A stretch of DNA of 64,000 bases from positions 3,607 to 67,606 of the forward strand of contig JBBQWG010000007.1 of NCBI GenBank assembly GCA_038210825.1. Direction: 5' to 3'. Of this stretch, positions 18,193-28,060 are shown one piece after another. Each line of letters begins with the position of its first letter. Within the stretch, counting starts at the first letter, position 1. This DNA is from Verrucomicrobiales bacterium. Its GTDB lineage: Bacteria > Verrucomicrobiota > Verrucomicrobiia > Verrucomicrobiales > V1-33. Under the pieces are notes generated by a model, which worked only from the letters and a program-made list of their open reading frames with translations, was not told where the DNA came from and did no database searches. The translations under genes and the position numbers were made by a program.

Positions 18193-19965
18193 TCATTTGG
18201 CCTCGTTTTGGATGCCCAGATTCCATGCGTCATGCATTTCCTCCACCGAAGGGACGCGCAGGGGGCGGACGAGGCGCATGCCGAGGAACTGGGCGCTGGT
18301 GTGATACCAGATGCTCTTGGGAAGCTGGGGATCCATGACTTTCCACGTGTCCTTGGAGCCGCGGCGGGCCGCACTGCGCAAATCCTTGGGATCATCATCC
18401 CAGGTGCCCCCACGCACGCTCCGGGGATACAGGGTCACCGGTTTGTTCCATGGAGCGGGGACGCTGCCGGCGGAAGCCAAGGCTTGGAGGCCGGCATAAA
18501 ACGCCGGATCATATTGGTCGAGGGTCCACTCGGCCACATTGCCATGAATATCAAAAAGTCCCCACGGATTGGGCTTCTTCTGGCCGACGGGCTGGGTCTT
18601 GCCGTCGCTGTTTTCAAAATACCAGGCGTAGTCCCCGATTTGTGAGGGGTCATCGCCAAAGGACCAGGCGGTGGTAGTTCCGGCGCGGGCCGCATATTCC
18701 CATTCCGCTTCGGTGGGCAGACGGTAGAAATGCCCGGTCTGGGCACTGAGCCATTGGCAGAACTTGTTGGCAGCGTGTTCGGTCATGGAAATGGCCGGGA
18801 AACCATCCTGGCCCATGCCAAAGGTCATGTCGGTGTAGGGGGCGGTCGGGCTGCTGATGGCATCCACCGGAGGATCGGCCGGATTGTTGGTTTTTTTGCT
18901 GCCATCCTTCCAACGGGCGTCCGGGGTCACCATGAAGGGCATGTAGAGATCCCATGTGACTTCAGTAGCCCCCATCCAGAAAGGTTCAATTTTGACTTTG
19001 ACCTGGGGTCCCTCATCCGGTTTGCGGTCCTTCTCGGTTGCCGGGCTGCCCATGAGAAAATCGCCCCCGGGAATGGGGACCATTTTGAATTCCTTGCCGG
19101 TTTTCACGGCGACGCCGGTGTAGGGCTTCATGTCCTCCGGCTTGGCTTCCGTGCTGGTCCTGAGAATGTCTTCACGGATTTTGCCGGTCAGGGCGATCGT
19201 GTCAGGAGAAGGTGGCCGTTCTTCGGATTTAGCCTTGGGCACCAGCACTACGCCCTCCGGCCAGGGAGCGCCCTGCAGCACCCAAAGACGGAGTTTCTCC
19301 TGATCCCCGGGTTTGAGAGGTCCGCCACTTTTTGCAGGGGGCATCAAGTCTTCGTCGTCCTCTTTGAGGGTAGTCAGGGTATAAAGCGGGCTGGCAGCGG
19401 GATCGTAGGGAACCAGGGAGATGCCGTCTTCCCCGCCTTTGAAGTTCCCGGCAAGGGTCGTCATATCCAGGTCCCCCTTCATCTTGGTTGGCTCGTGGCA
19501 GGATACGCAATTCTGCTCAAGGATGGGCTGGATGTCCCTGACAAACTGCATGCGCGGTTTGACCCCGAGTGTCAGGCCGGCGGGCCATTTCGCGCCGGCA
19601 TCAATCCAGACCTTGAGGTGTGTGGCCTGGGCCGCCGTCAGGGGGGGCTCCTTGCTCGGAGGCATCACCATGTCGTCACTGGCGGGCAGTTGGGTGGAGG
19701 TGAACAATTTACTTTCGGCAGATTTGCCGGGCACGAGCCACGTCCCGGCTTCTCCTCCTGTGAGAGCATGCTCCAGGGTATCAAGCCGCCCATCGCCTTT
19801 TTGCTGCTCGGCATTGTGGCAATGCACGCAGGTGCCTTCGAGAATGGGCTGCACAAAACGCGAAAAATACGCCTCTGAATCCGGAGCCGGGTCGGCCGCA
19901 CGGGAAGAGGCCGTGGCAGCGAGGCTGGCCGAAAGCAGACAAGGGAGGAGAAAGCGGGGAGTCAT
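18193..19965 (-). CDS. exported protein: two planctomycete-cytochrome-c-like domains fused to a formylglycine-generating-enzyme (SUMF1/FGE) domain
   Basis: ATG at 19965 (MTPRFLLPCLLSASLAATASS). CxxCH sites CVHCHNAEQQKGDGRLD and CVSCHEPTKMKGDLDM. FGE domain YRLPTEAEWEYAARAG, NPWGLFDIHGNVAEW, RGGTWDDD. Confidence 0.85.
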   Translation of the reverse strand: MTPRFLLPCLLSASLAATASSRAADPAPDSEAYFSRFVQPILEGTCVHCHNAEQQKGDGRLDTLEHALTGGEAGTWLVPGKSAESKLFTSTQLPASDDMVMPPSKEPPLTAAQATHLKVWIDAGAKWPAGLTLGVKPRMQFVRDIQPILEQNCVSCHEPTKMKGDLDMTTLAGNFKGGEDGISLVPYDPAASPLYTLTTLKEDDEDLMPPAKSGGPLKPGDQEKLRLWVLQGAPWPEGVVLVPKAKSEERPPSPDTIALTGKIREDILRTSTEAKPEDMKPYTGVAVKTGKEFKMVPIPGGDFLMGSPATEKDRKPDEGPQVKVKIEPFWMGATEVTWDLYMPFMVTPDARWKDGSKKTNNPADPPVDAISSPTAPYTDMTFGMGQDGFPAISMTEHAANKFCQWLSAQTGHFYRLPTEAEWEYAARAGTTTAWSFGDDPSQIGDYAWYFENSDGKTQPVGQKKPNPWGLFDIHGNVAEWTLDQYDPAFYAGLQALASAGSVPAPWNKPVTLYPRSVRGGTWDDDPKDLRSAARRGSKDTWKVMDPQLPKSIWYHTSAQFLGMRLVRPLRVPSVEEMHDAWNLGIQNEAK

Positions 19966-20284
19966 AGGCAAACGTGTGAAAAGAAACGGGGGAAAGGACC
20001 GGTCCTGCAACGGCAATTTGTATGGTCCTCACGGCTTTTCCCGATTCAGCGGCACTTCCACCGTGAAAATCAGAGACGGAGTTGCTTGTGCGTCTGGAAG
20101 AAGCACCGTTGGCCATTACCGCTTGTTTATAGGTCAGGCAGGTGAAGGGAAATTAGGGAGGGCTCAACCCATGGCGGCGGTTTCGTGCGTCCAAACTTTT
20201 TCCGGATCGGCTGAATATTGGCGTTGTATCCTGCCGTCCATGAAGCCATCCACGATCCGTCTTCTGCGCACCATATCCGGAACT

Positions 20285-20827
20285 ATGAAATCCTTGCTCT
20301 TCCCCGCCCTTGGCCTTGTGGCCGCCCTCCTGCTTCCGGCCTGCACCACTTCCACCCCCGGAGATCCCGGTCTGTCCCCCGTCCGCCGTTATGTCCCGCG
20401 GGTCACCATGCCCATGGAGGCCAATGCGAACGAACAAAATCTGATGGGCGATGTGGAGCAGGTGCTGGAAGCCCATGGCCTGCGCCCCACGGACCGCACC
20501 GGGGTTGACTATCAGTTGGCTTTCTCGGTCGAGGACGGCCCGGTGAATGCCGATGTGACCCTCGAACTCTATCAGGGACGCAACCGCGTCGCCCATGCCT
20601 ATGCCCGGGTGGGCGGACCACGTATCGTGTTTCAACGCCAACGGGTGATCCGCGAGGCCTTTGACCAGGCCCTGCGGCATTTCGAAAACCAACTGCCCCG
20701 GACAAGTCCGGTCAGGCAAGGTTATGATACCGGAGGCTTTGAAGGCGGCCCTCCGCCGGGCCGGCCTGATCCTTATGGACAGGGCCAACCCTACGGACCA
20801 GTTGGATCCTACCCCTCTTCCTACTAG
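20285..20827 (+). CDS. lipoprotein, hypothetical, with Gly/Pro/Tyr-rich tail
   Basis: ATG at 20285. Lipobox LLLPAC after MKSLLFPALGLVAA. Only the last 180 aa of ORF 19421..20827 are taken as real. Confidence 0.6.
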   Translation: MKSLLFPALGLVAALLLPACTTSTPGDPGLSPVRRYVPRVTMPMEANANEQNLMGDVEQVLEAHGLRPTDRTGVDYQLAFSVEDGPVNADVTLELYQGRNRVAHAYARVGGPRIVFQRQRVIREAFDQALRHFENQLPRTSPVRQGYDTGGFEGGPPPGRPDPYGQGQPYGPVGSYPSSY

Positions 20828-20837
20828 CACGAATCGC

Positions 20838-22130
20838 TCAAACCAACGGAGTGATCCCGGGCTGCGGCATCGGTGAGGGAGTGAAGGAGGAATCCCATTT
20901 GAAACTGTCCTCCGGCGCAAGATCATCCTTGCTGTCCAGCACCTGCTGCCAGGTGACACGTTTGCCGGTATAGGCAGCCATCCGGCCCATGATGCCCAGC
21001 AGGGTGCTGTGGCACATTGATGCGCCGTCGTTGACCGGTTTGCCGGCGCGGATGGACTGGAACAGTTCGATGTGTTCCTGGGTATACATCTGGTTGTCCG
21101 CGTCCCGGAAGCGCCAGTTGGTTTCCCCCTTGATCATGGGATTGGCCCCGCGGCCGATGATGCAGGCTCCCTTGGTCCCCCGGATGTAATCCGCATTTTC
21201 ATTGTCACAGCGGGTCTGCTGGCGGCTGGCCACGTGGGCAAAGACATTGTCAGGGAATTCATAGATGCAACTGAAATGGTCGTAGATATTCCCTCCTTCC
21301 GCCGGGATCTGGCGGCCCCCGGTGGCGATGCAGGTGAGGGGGTCCTTGTCCTGGAAGGCCCAACCCACCTTGTCTACACTGTGCACGGCCTGCTCAACAT
21401 AACTATCGCCACTCAGCCAGGAAAAGTTCATCCAGTTGCGCAGTTGCCACTCCACGTCGCTCCATTCTGCTTTGCGGGCGGAGGCGGGCTGCATCGGTTT
21501 GACCGGGCCGGTGTAATAGGTGGCATAATAGCTGGTGATGTCCCCGATGGCACCCTGGGCCACCTGGTCGAAGGCTGCCTTGCGCGAGGCACTGCGCCGC
21601 CAGCAAAAGCCTCCCACCACTGCCAGTCCCTTGGTCCGGGCCAGTTCCGACGCTGCCATGATGCGCTTCACCCCGGGCACATCCACGCCCATGGGCTTCT
21701 CACAGAAAATGTGTTTTCCAGCCGCCACGGCTGCTTCAAAATGCTGGGGCCGGAAGCCGGGCGGGGTGGCCAGCAGCACCACATCCACCCCGCTTTCAAG
21801 GACCTTCTGAAAGGCATCGAGACCGACAAAGGTGCGGCTCTCATCCACCGTGACCCGGTCGCGGAACAGTTCCTTCAGGCTGCGCAGACTGGAAGCGATC
21901 GATTCCGGAAACACGTCCCCTACTGCATGGAGTTCCACATTGCTGTCGGCCGTCATGGCATCCTGGGCCGCTCCGGTCCCGCGGCCGCCGCAGCCAATCA
22001 AACCAACCTTGAGCCGTCGGGTATCATCAGCTCCAAAGCTCACCGAAGGAAAGGCAGCTGTGGCCGCAAGGCCGGCAGCTCCCGCTTTGAGAAAGTCACG
22101 GCGGGCGGAGGAAAGTGGGGCAGGAGTCAT
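20838..22130 (-). CDS. Gfo/Idh/MocA-family oxidoreductase with Tat signal
   Basis: ATG at 22130. Twin-arginine signal SARRDFLKAGAAGLAATAA. Rossmann start VGLIGCGGRGTGAA. Typical Gfo/Idh/MocA length. Confidence 0.88.
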   Translation of the reverse strand: MTPAPLSSARRDFLKAGAAGLAATAAFPSVSFGADDTRRLKVGLIGCGGRGTGAAQDAMTADSNVELHAVGDVFPESIASSLRSLKELFRDRVTVDESRTFVGLDAFQKVLESGVDVVLLATPPGFRPQHFEAAVAAGKHIFCEKPMGVDVPGVKRIMAASELARTKGLAVVGGFCWRRSASRKAAFDQVAQGAIGDITSYYATYYTGPVKPMQPASARKAEWSDVEWQLRNWMNFSWLSGDSYVEQAVHSVDKVGWAFQDKDPLTCIATGGRQIPAEGGNIYDHFSCIYEFPDNVFAHVASRQQTRCDNENADYIRGTKGACIIGRGANPMIKGETNWRFRDADNQMYTQEHIELFQSIRAGKPVNDGASMCHSTLLGIMGRMAAYTGKRVTWQQVLDSKDDLAPEDSFKWDSSFTPSPMPQPGITPLV

Positions 22131-22260
22131 GGAGTGGATTTTGGGTAAACTGGGCAAGGTATCCTTTTCAAACGGGGGCGTCGATCCCGATCTTGTCCGC
22201 TTTTCCGGAGAATTCCCGTATTATTCCTGACAAATACCCGTCAGAGGTTGCCTCGTCTGC

Positions 22261-22755
22261 CTAAAGTCCCGGGATTTCACTGTCGCCGGGGGCTCCTTCA
22301 AATCCGGAACCAGGCTGAAAATCCACCACATCCACGAGGCCTTCCGTCTCATCCACCCAGAAGGATACCCGGAGGACCGGGCGGTTTCCTTTCATGTAGA
22401 TCAGTTCATGGGTGCTGCGGGGCTTTCCAGCCTCTCCCTCGGCTGGCATGACGACAATTTGAGGGCTAAAGCCTACGGTAGCCCTCAGGCGGGCGATTTC
22501 CTCCGGAAGCTCATCTTCCATAAAGCGGATTTCAGCCGCTTTGCCGGACATCCACAAATCCGCGCCAATGCCCTCAAGGCCCTGAATAATATTCGTATCC
22601 TGCCGGGCCGTTTCCCGGAGGGCTCCCAGGTAGAGCCAGATCATGCCTCCCAGCATGGCGGCCATCACCAAACCCGCCAGCAGGGGGCGTATCAATAGTT
22701 TCAGTGGCGACTCCGGAGGCGGAATTGGAGGCAGGTCCTTGAGGTTCGGAATCAT
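22261..22755 (-). CDS. membrane-anchored hypothetical protein
   Basis: ATG at 22755 (MIPNLKDLPP...) followed by TM LLAGLVMAAMLGGMIWLYL. No family recognised. Confidence 0.5.
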   Translation of the reverse strand: MIPNLKDLPPIPPPESPLKLLIRPLLAGLVMAAMLGGMIWLYLGALRETARQDTNIIQGLEGIGADLWMSGKAAEIRFMEDELPEEIARLRATVGFSPQIVVMPAEGEAGKPRSTHELIYMKGNRPVLRVSFWVDETEGLVDVVDFQPGSGFEGAPGDSEIPGL

Positions 22756-25700
22756 GGCAACCCCGTTACGTAATCCCGGACACCGGAGGGTGCAACCTGC
22801 GGCTCTGGCTTGCAGGAACCGCAGGGGCGGCAGAGACTGCGGGGTGCCGCTACGCCAGTCCCTGACTCTTTTCCTCATGTTCATGGCCGCCGTGGGACTG
22901 GCCTGGGGACAGTCTGGTGCCCCCGTCATGGTTGAGGACTATGCCAGCGACACCATTGCGGGACAGGTGCTGGCCTTGAGTGTGGATGATGCCGGCCGGG
23001 TATTCGCGGCCACCACCGCCCGGTCCTTCGGACGGGGCACCGTGACCGCCGGAGCAGACCCCGCGCTGCAGGCAGAAGACCGGGCTCTGCGGTCCATCCC
23101 ACACCGGGAAAGATCGGTGCAACAATGGCTCGCTACCGGACGCCTCGCCCCCCTGCTGCAACAGCGGGCTCCGTTTTTTGATCAACCCGGTGACGGGCCT
23201 GCCAATTTTCTAACTAAATATTCGGAATCCATCCGGTGGCTGGTCGATCCCGCCGGAGATGGAAAAATCAAGGCAGCGGAGACGGTAGCGGGTGCCTTCC
23301 AGGATCCCATGGACGGACCGGGCTCTGCCCTGTTGGCCCTGCCGGGGGGACGGTGGCTATACGGCTGCCCTCCGAACCTGTGGCGTCTGGAGGACCGCGA
23401 TCAGGATCAGCGCGCCGGGGAACGCACCCTGATATCCGATGGTTTTGGTCTGCGCAACGATCCCTGGGGAGCCGATCTCCACGCGCTGCTGGAAGCCCAG
23501 GACGGCTGGATCTATTTCACGATGGGGGAGCGGGGCTATCATCTCAAGGATGGAGGGGGCATTTGGCGGAGAGGTCAGGGCAGCGGTGCGGTATTCCGCT
23601 GCCGGGCCGATGGCCGGGATTTGGTTAGGATCGCTCATGGCCTGCGCAATCCCACCGGCCTGGCCATGCTGCCCGATGGCCGTCTGATCGTGGTGGACCA
23701 GGCGGCCCCGGGGGGTCGCACCCGCTTGCTGCAGGCAGTGGCCGGAGCCGACTTTGGCTGGCAGGCTGAAGCCGCCGGATCCTCCGGGGATGGTCCATGG
23801 TTCACCGAGGGCATGGAATCCGCCCGGCCCGGTCAGGCCCCTGATCCTGACCGTCCCCAATGGATCGTGCCGCCCTTGGCCGTGCTCGATCTGGAAGCGT
23901 CCGCGTTGTCTGCGCTGCCAGACGGAACCCTGCTCGCCGCCGACCGGCAGGCCGGGGAAAAAGGGGGCCTGGTGGTGTTGACGCTCAAGGAAACCGGCCA
24001 CGGACCAGAGTTGTCAGGCTCCCGCGATTTGTGGCGGGGGGGTGCGGTCATGGCCCTGGCCGGGGATGCCATGGGACGTTATTACTTTGCGGACTGGGGG
24101 CCGGGGGTGGATGTGCACAGCCGCTGCCGCATCCGGCGGCTGAGCTGGGCCACGCCGTTGGTTTCACCCGCCCCGGACCATGCCGTCCGCCTGCTGGCCG
24201 GCCTCCCGGCTTCCCTGACCGTTAGGGAACTGAAAGGACTGCTGGAGGATCCCTCGCCCCGGGTGGCCCTGCGGGCGAGACAGCGGCTGGAGGACCTGCC
24301 ATTCCAGGATTCCCTTGAGGTTTTGCTCCAGGTGGCACGGCGCAGCGCTTCCCTGCCGGCCCGTCTGCATGGCCTTCATGGGGCCGGCGCGGTGGCCCGT
24401 CAGGATCCGGCCCTGCTGAATGAGCTAACGGTTTTTTTGGGAGATCCGGCCCCGGAGATCCGGGCGGCGGCAGCCCGCATTTTGGGAGAAGGTCTGCCGG
24501 GGCCGTGGCTGGCTGCGCTCCGCCGGGCCCTTGGCGATGCCACCTCCATGGTGAGGGTGGCAGCGGCCGAAGCTATCGCCCGGAGCGCAGATCCGGACGT
24601 CCTACCCGAACTGATAGCTGCGGCTGCGGCGCACGGCGGGCATGACCCGTGGCTGCGCAGCGCCCTTGCCCATGCCATGGCCTCCGCCGTCCCGGCACCC
24701 CTCATTGCCGAAGCCGCCCTGCCTCATGCCTCGGCACCGGTCCGCCTCGTGGCGGTGCTGGCTCTGCGCAACCAGCGGGCCCCGGAACTGGAGGGGTTTC
24801 TCGCCGATCCTGATGCCACGGTGGCCACCGAGGCAGCACGGGCCATTTATGATCATTCCTTGCGGAATCTTTTTCCGGCTTTGTGCGCGGTGTTGGATCG
24901 TCCGGACGGGCTGCCGGAAGCCATGGGAAGGCGGGCTCTCGCGGCAGCTTGGTATTTGGGAACCCCGGAAGCCTCCGCGCGTTGCGGCAGCCTCGCAGAG
25001 CGGGAGAACGCCTCTGCGGGCCAGCGCCTGCTCGCCTTGGAACTCCTGGAAGCATGGGATCAACCGGAGGGCCCCGATCCGATCTGGCGGCGTCCGGTGC
25101 GGCCAATGCCCCGCTGGCCGGGACTGGCCCAAGCTGCGCTGCTCCGGGGGGCAGAGGCCCTGACACACCATCCCGACGCGAAGCTGGCTCAGCGGGCCAA
25201 ATCCGCCGCCACCAAAGCCAAGCCCCTCCTTTCCAAAGCCGCGTGGCTGGCCCGACTGAGTGATTCGCAGGCCTCCCTCCCGGAGCGGATGGCCGCCTGG
25301 CACAGCCTGTCCCTGACCAATGAGCTGCCCTTGGAGCCGGTGCGCCTCCTCACCCAGCCGGTTCATCCTCCTGCCCTGCGGGCGGAAGCCCGGGCATGGC
25401 TGATGCGCCGCGATCCCAAGTCCGGAGCCGCCCTCACCAAGGAAGCCATCGACTCCGGCACCACCCTCGAAAAGCAACTGGCCCTCCGGACCTTGGACCG
25501 CCTGCCCGGCAACGCCAACGGGAACGAACGCTATTTGTTGGAATTGACCCGGCAATTGGGCGATGGACTGGTGGACCGCGGGATTCAGGTGGAAGTCCTG
25601 GAAATCCTCGAGCGCCGCGATATTGTGAGCCGCTCCCCCTGGCGCAAAGCCAATGAAGCATGGATGGCTTCCCTGCCCATGAAAACCGATCCCCTGGCCG

Positions 25701-26047
25701 GTTGGCGCATGACGCTCAGTGACGGCGACCCGGTGGCGGGGCGGTTATTGTTTGAAACCCATGCCGAAGCCAGGTGCCAGTCCTGTCATTCCGTCGGCGG
25801 CCATGGCGGGCTGGCCGGACCGGATCTGGACGGAGCCGCCACGCGCCTGACACCCGTGGGCCTGCTCGAGTCCCTGATTCATCCCAGTGCCAAATTTTCG
25901 CCCGGGTATGAACCGCGCCCCCTTCCCGGCAGCAAGGGAGGTGGAGTTCCTGACAGGCTCAGTGCCATGCCGCCGGCCGGCACTGTCCTAACTCTTCGGG
26001 AAATCCGCGATTTGATGGCATGGCTGCAGACTCTGACTGAACCCTGA
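22754..26047 (+). CDS. Pirellula/Verrucomicrobium-type putative membrane-bound dehydrogenase domain + HEAT repeats + C-terminal c-type heme-binding domain
   Basis: C-terminal GDPVAGRLLFETHAEARCQSCHSVGGHGGLAGPDLDG...LLESLIHPS (CxxCH). HEAT-like repeats (DPAPEIRAAAARILGE, DATSMVRVAAAEAIARSADPDVLPELI). Beta-propeller-like N-terminal half. Start uncertain (22754 or 22877). Confidence 0.85.
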   Translation: MATPLRNPGHRRVQPAALACRNRRGGRDCGVPLRQSLTLFLMFMAAVGLAWGQSGAPVMVEDYASDTIAGQVLALSVDDAGRVFAATTARSFGRGTVTAGADPALQAEDRALRSIPHRERSVQQWLATGRLAPLLQQRAPFFDQPGDGPANFLTKYSESIRWLVDPAGDGKIKAAETVAGAFQDPMDGPGSALLALPGGRWLYGCPPNLWRLEDRDQDQRAGERTLISDGFGLRNDPWGADLHALLEAQDGWIYFTMGERGYHLKDGGGIWRRGQGSGAVFRCRADGRDLVRIAHGLRNPTGLAMLPDGRLIVVDQAAPGGRTRLLQAVAGADFGWQAEAAGSSGDGPWFTEGMESARPGQAPDPDRPQWIVPPLAVLDLEASALSALPDGTLLAADRQAGEKGGLVVLTLKETGHGPELSGSRDLWRGGAVMALAGDAMGRYYFADWGPGVDVHSRCRIRRLSWATPLVSPAPDHAVRLLAGLPASLTVRELKGLLEDPSPRVALRARQRLEDLPFQDSLEVLLQVARRSASLPARLHGLHGAGAVARQDPALLNELTVFLGDPAPEIRAAAARILGEGLPGPWLAALRRALGDATSMVRVAAAEAIARSADPDVLPELIAAAAAHGGHDPWLRSALAHAMASAVPAPLIAEAALPHASAPVRLVAVLALRNQRAPELEGFLADPDATVATEAARAIYDHSLRNLFPALCAVLDRPDGLPEAMGRRALAAAWYLGTPEASARCGSLAERENASAGQRLLALELLEAWDQPEGPDPIWRRPVRPMPRWPGLAQAALLRGAEALTHHPDAKLAQRAKSAATKAKPLLSKAAWLARLSDSQASLPERMAAWHSLSLTNELPLEPVRLLTQPVHPPALRAEARAWLMRRDPKSGAALTKEAIDSGTTLEKQLALRTLDRLPGNANGNERYLLELTRQLGDGLVDRGIQVEVLEILERRDIVSRSPWRKANEAWMASLPMKTDPLAGWRMTLSDGDPVAGRLLFETHAEARCQSCHSVGGHGGLAGPDLDGAATRLTPVGLLESLIHPSAKFSPGYEPRPLPGSKGGGVPDRLSAMPPAGTVLTLREIRDLMAWLQTLTEP

Positions 26048-26180
26048 CAGGAAGCGGTTCCGGTCCGTTCCCAAAGGCCCGGTGCCCGGGTTCCTGAATG
26101 ACGGACCCGGGCGGAAATAACATTTCCGTACCACCCCCCCTTGTCTCAGTTCACCGCATCTCCTCTCATCTCATTTCATT

Positions 26181-26822
26181 TCAATCCGGATCCAGCACCG
26201 CTTCCACCAGCCAGCCCTGCAGACTGACAAACAATTCATATTGGAACCAATGTTCCAACTGACCCGCTTCGAGCAACTGCGCGAGATCGGGCACATGTTC
26301 GGAATCAATCCCGAAACGGGCTGACAGCACCAACCGGGCCTGGTTCATCGCGCGGAACCAATGCTCCACATGATCCGGAGGGATGGTCAGGGCAAAATAG
26401 GGAAGCTTGCCACCGGCCGCCGTCTCTTCAGAATCCGGCAGCTGATCCCCGGACGCGGAAGGCTGCTGCTCCTCCTCCTGATCGTCATCACGAGACCCGG
26501 ACTCCTCCGCCCGCTCAGGATTGCCATCTCCGGTCACGGCCTGATCCACCGGTTCCGGGACCAGACGGTCAAGATCGGCCATTACCGTTTCCAGATTGTG
26601 GGCAAAACTTTCCCGGAGTTCCGGCACCACATATTCGACCCAGTCCATGGCGATTTCCGGTGAGAGATCCGCCTCCACGGCGGGAGAAGGCAGGAGACGC
26701 TTTTCCGCCGCCGGAGCCGCCGAGAAATCGGCGAGATCCGGCAAATTGCGGAAAGTCTGCACTTCCCATGGATTGAGGCGGGACAGGCGGATAGAGCCGT
26801 CAGGTCGTTTGATGAGTTGCAT
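26181..26822 (-). CDS. DUF2017-like acidic protein (ClpS-associated)
   Basis: Lies immediately downstream of clpS. The pattern RLLPSP...W..AMNQARLVLSARFGI...Y.LFVSLQGWLVEA resembles DUF2017 as I recall it. Acidic insert DDDQEEEQQ. Confidence 0.55.
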   Translation of the reverse strand: MQLIKRPDGSIRLSRLNPWEVQTFRNLPDLADFSAAPAAEKRLLPSPAVEADLSPEIAMDWVEYVVPELRESFAHNLETVMADLDRLVPEPVDQAVTGDGNPERAEESGSRDDDQEEEQQPSASGDQLPDSEETAAGGKLPYFALTIPPDHVEHWFRAMNQARLVLSARFGIDSEHVPDLAQLLEAGQLEHWFQYELFVSLQGWLVEAVLDPD

Positions 26823-26877
26823 CGGAGGTGACAGTCAGGGGGGCGCAGCGAAAAGGGGATGGCGGTGGGGTCCATCA

Positions 26878-27180
26878 TCAACCGGCCTTTTTCATGGAAC
26901 TGAGCAACTGATGCTCCTGAAGTTGCTTCACGTAAAGCTCGGCCTGCTCGCGGCCGCCGGTCCAGACAATGCACTTCCCTTTCTGGTGGACATCCAGCAT
27001 CATCTGTTCAGCCTTCTCGCGGCTGTAACCGAAAATCCGCCGGATCACCATGGTGACGTAGGACATCAGATTTACCGGATCATTGAAGACAATGACGTGC
27101 CACGGCTGATCGAGATCGGTGCTTTCCTCCTCCTCGATCACCGGAATGACCTCGATATCCGTGTCCGGCAAGGCTGCCAT
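26878..27180 (-). CDS. clpS: ATP-dependent Clp protease adaptor ClpS
   Basis: WHVIVFNDPVNLMSYVTMVIRRIFGYSREKAEQMMLDVHQKGKCIVWTGGREQAELYVKQL. Start is ATG 27180 (no overlap with the upstream gene), or ATG 27243, or TTG 27255. Confidence 0.88.
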   Translation of the reverse strand: MAALPDTDIEVIPVIEEEESTDLDQPWHVIVFNDPVNLMSYVTMVIRRIFGYSREKAEQMMLDVHQKGKCIVWTGGREQAELYVKQLQEHQLLSSMKKAG

Positions 27181-27205
27181 GGCGCGGTAGAGCGGACCCA
27201 AAGGA

Positions 27206-27790
27206 TCAGCGGCTGGCCACGGAGCTGGTGGAGGCAGGGACATGGGCAGTGACAAGGGCGGGGAGTTGACTCATCACAGAGCGGGTGCGCCGCAGGAATT
27301 CTTCTATGGAAAGCACACTCTTCTCGTCAGGACGGGCCGCGCGCCATTCACAATACAAGGCGGCCTGCAGCATGGGCAGGTGCCCCACATGAAAGGTGTG
27401 CGCCTGCAGCGCCAGCACGGTGTGAAATTCCCCGGCGCACTGGCCGGCCCCCACGGCCGCTGCCAACTGGGGCAGCAGTTCGAGGTGGCGTGCCCCGCGC
27501 TGGCGGCCCAGCCATGTCCGGCCCGCGGTTTGCGGGGCCTCACCTGACTGCAATGCATTGTCGGCCGCAAAAATCGCCGCCACGTCCCCGGCATCTGCCG
27601 CCGCGCGCACTGCCAAAAGGTGCGGAGCAATCTTCCCGAGGAAAACCCGGCCCGCCCAGGCGTCGAACAGGCCCATTTTCCATGTCAGTTTGGCCGGCAC
27701 TTCCGTCCCGGTCAGGCACAGCCGCACCGCACGGATCACTTCTTCGGCATCGCCGGGAGACACTTCGTATACTGGATTGGAATCTGACAT
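27206..27790 (-). CDS. hypothetical protein (first gene of clpS cluster)
   Basis: ATG at 27790 (MSDSNPVYEV...). 194-aa helical Ala-rich protein with coding-like composition. No family recognised. Confidence 0.55.
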   Translation of the reverse strand: MSDSNPVYEVSPGDAEEVIRAVRLCLTGTEVPAKLTWKMGLFDAWAGRVFLGKIAPHLLAVRAAADAGDVAAIFAADNALQSGEAPQTAGRTWLGRQRGARHLELLPQLAAAVGAGQCAGEFHTVLALQAHTFHVGHLPMLQAALYCEWRAARPDEKSVLSIEEFLRRTRSVMSQLPALVTAHVPASTSSVASR

Positions 27791-28060
27791 AATGCCCCAC
27801 CATGACAAGCCGCCCGGGAATTTCAATGCCGGGCATCAAATTCCCCCCGGACGGATGTCCCGGTGGAAATGGGGGGCCGGTCCGTGCCGGGCCCTCCCAT
27901 GGGATCCATCAATTGTCAGGGATCCCCGCCGCCCTGACATTTTATTGGATTAACGCGGCATTAACGGGGCGCAAAAACCATCTCCTGTTATCAGAATTGT
28001 CTTGCCCCGCGATAGCAAATCAGGGCAAGAACCCTTTGACCGGACGTCCCGGCCAAGCCC

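Noticed and set aside
19421-20284. 5' two-thirds of the 468-aa plus-strand ORF 19421..20827
   Set aside because: This part is antisense to the FGE/cytochrome gene. Only the last 180 aa (from ATG 20285) show a signal peptide and lipobox, and only these were kept.
22753-22756. Divergent genes whose start codons would overlap (CAT/ATG sharing 2 nt)
   Set aside because: Both starts are uncertain. The plus-strand gene may start at 22877 or at an alternative codon. This is probably an annotation artefact rather than biology.
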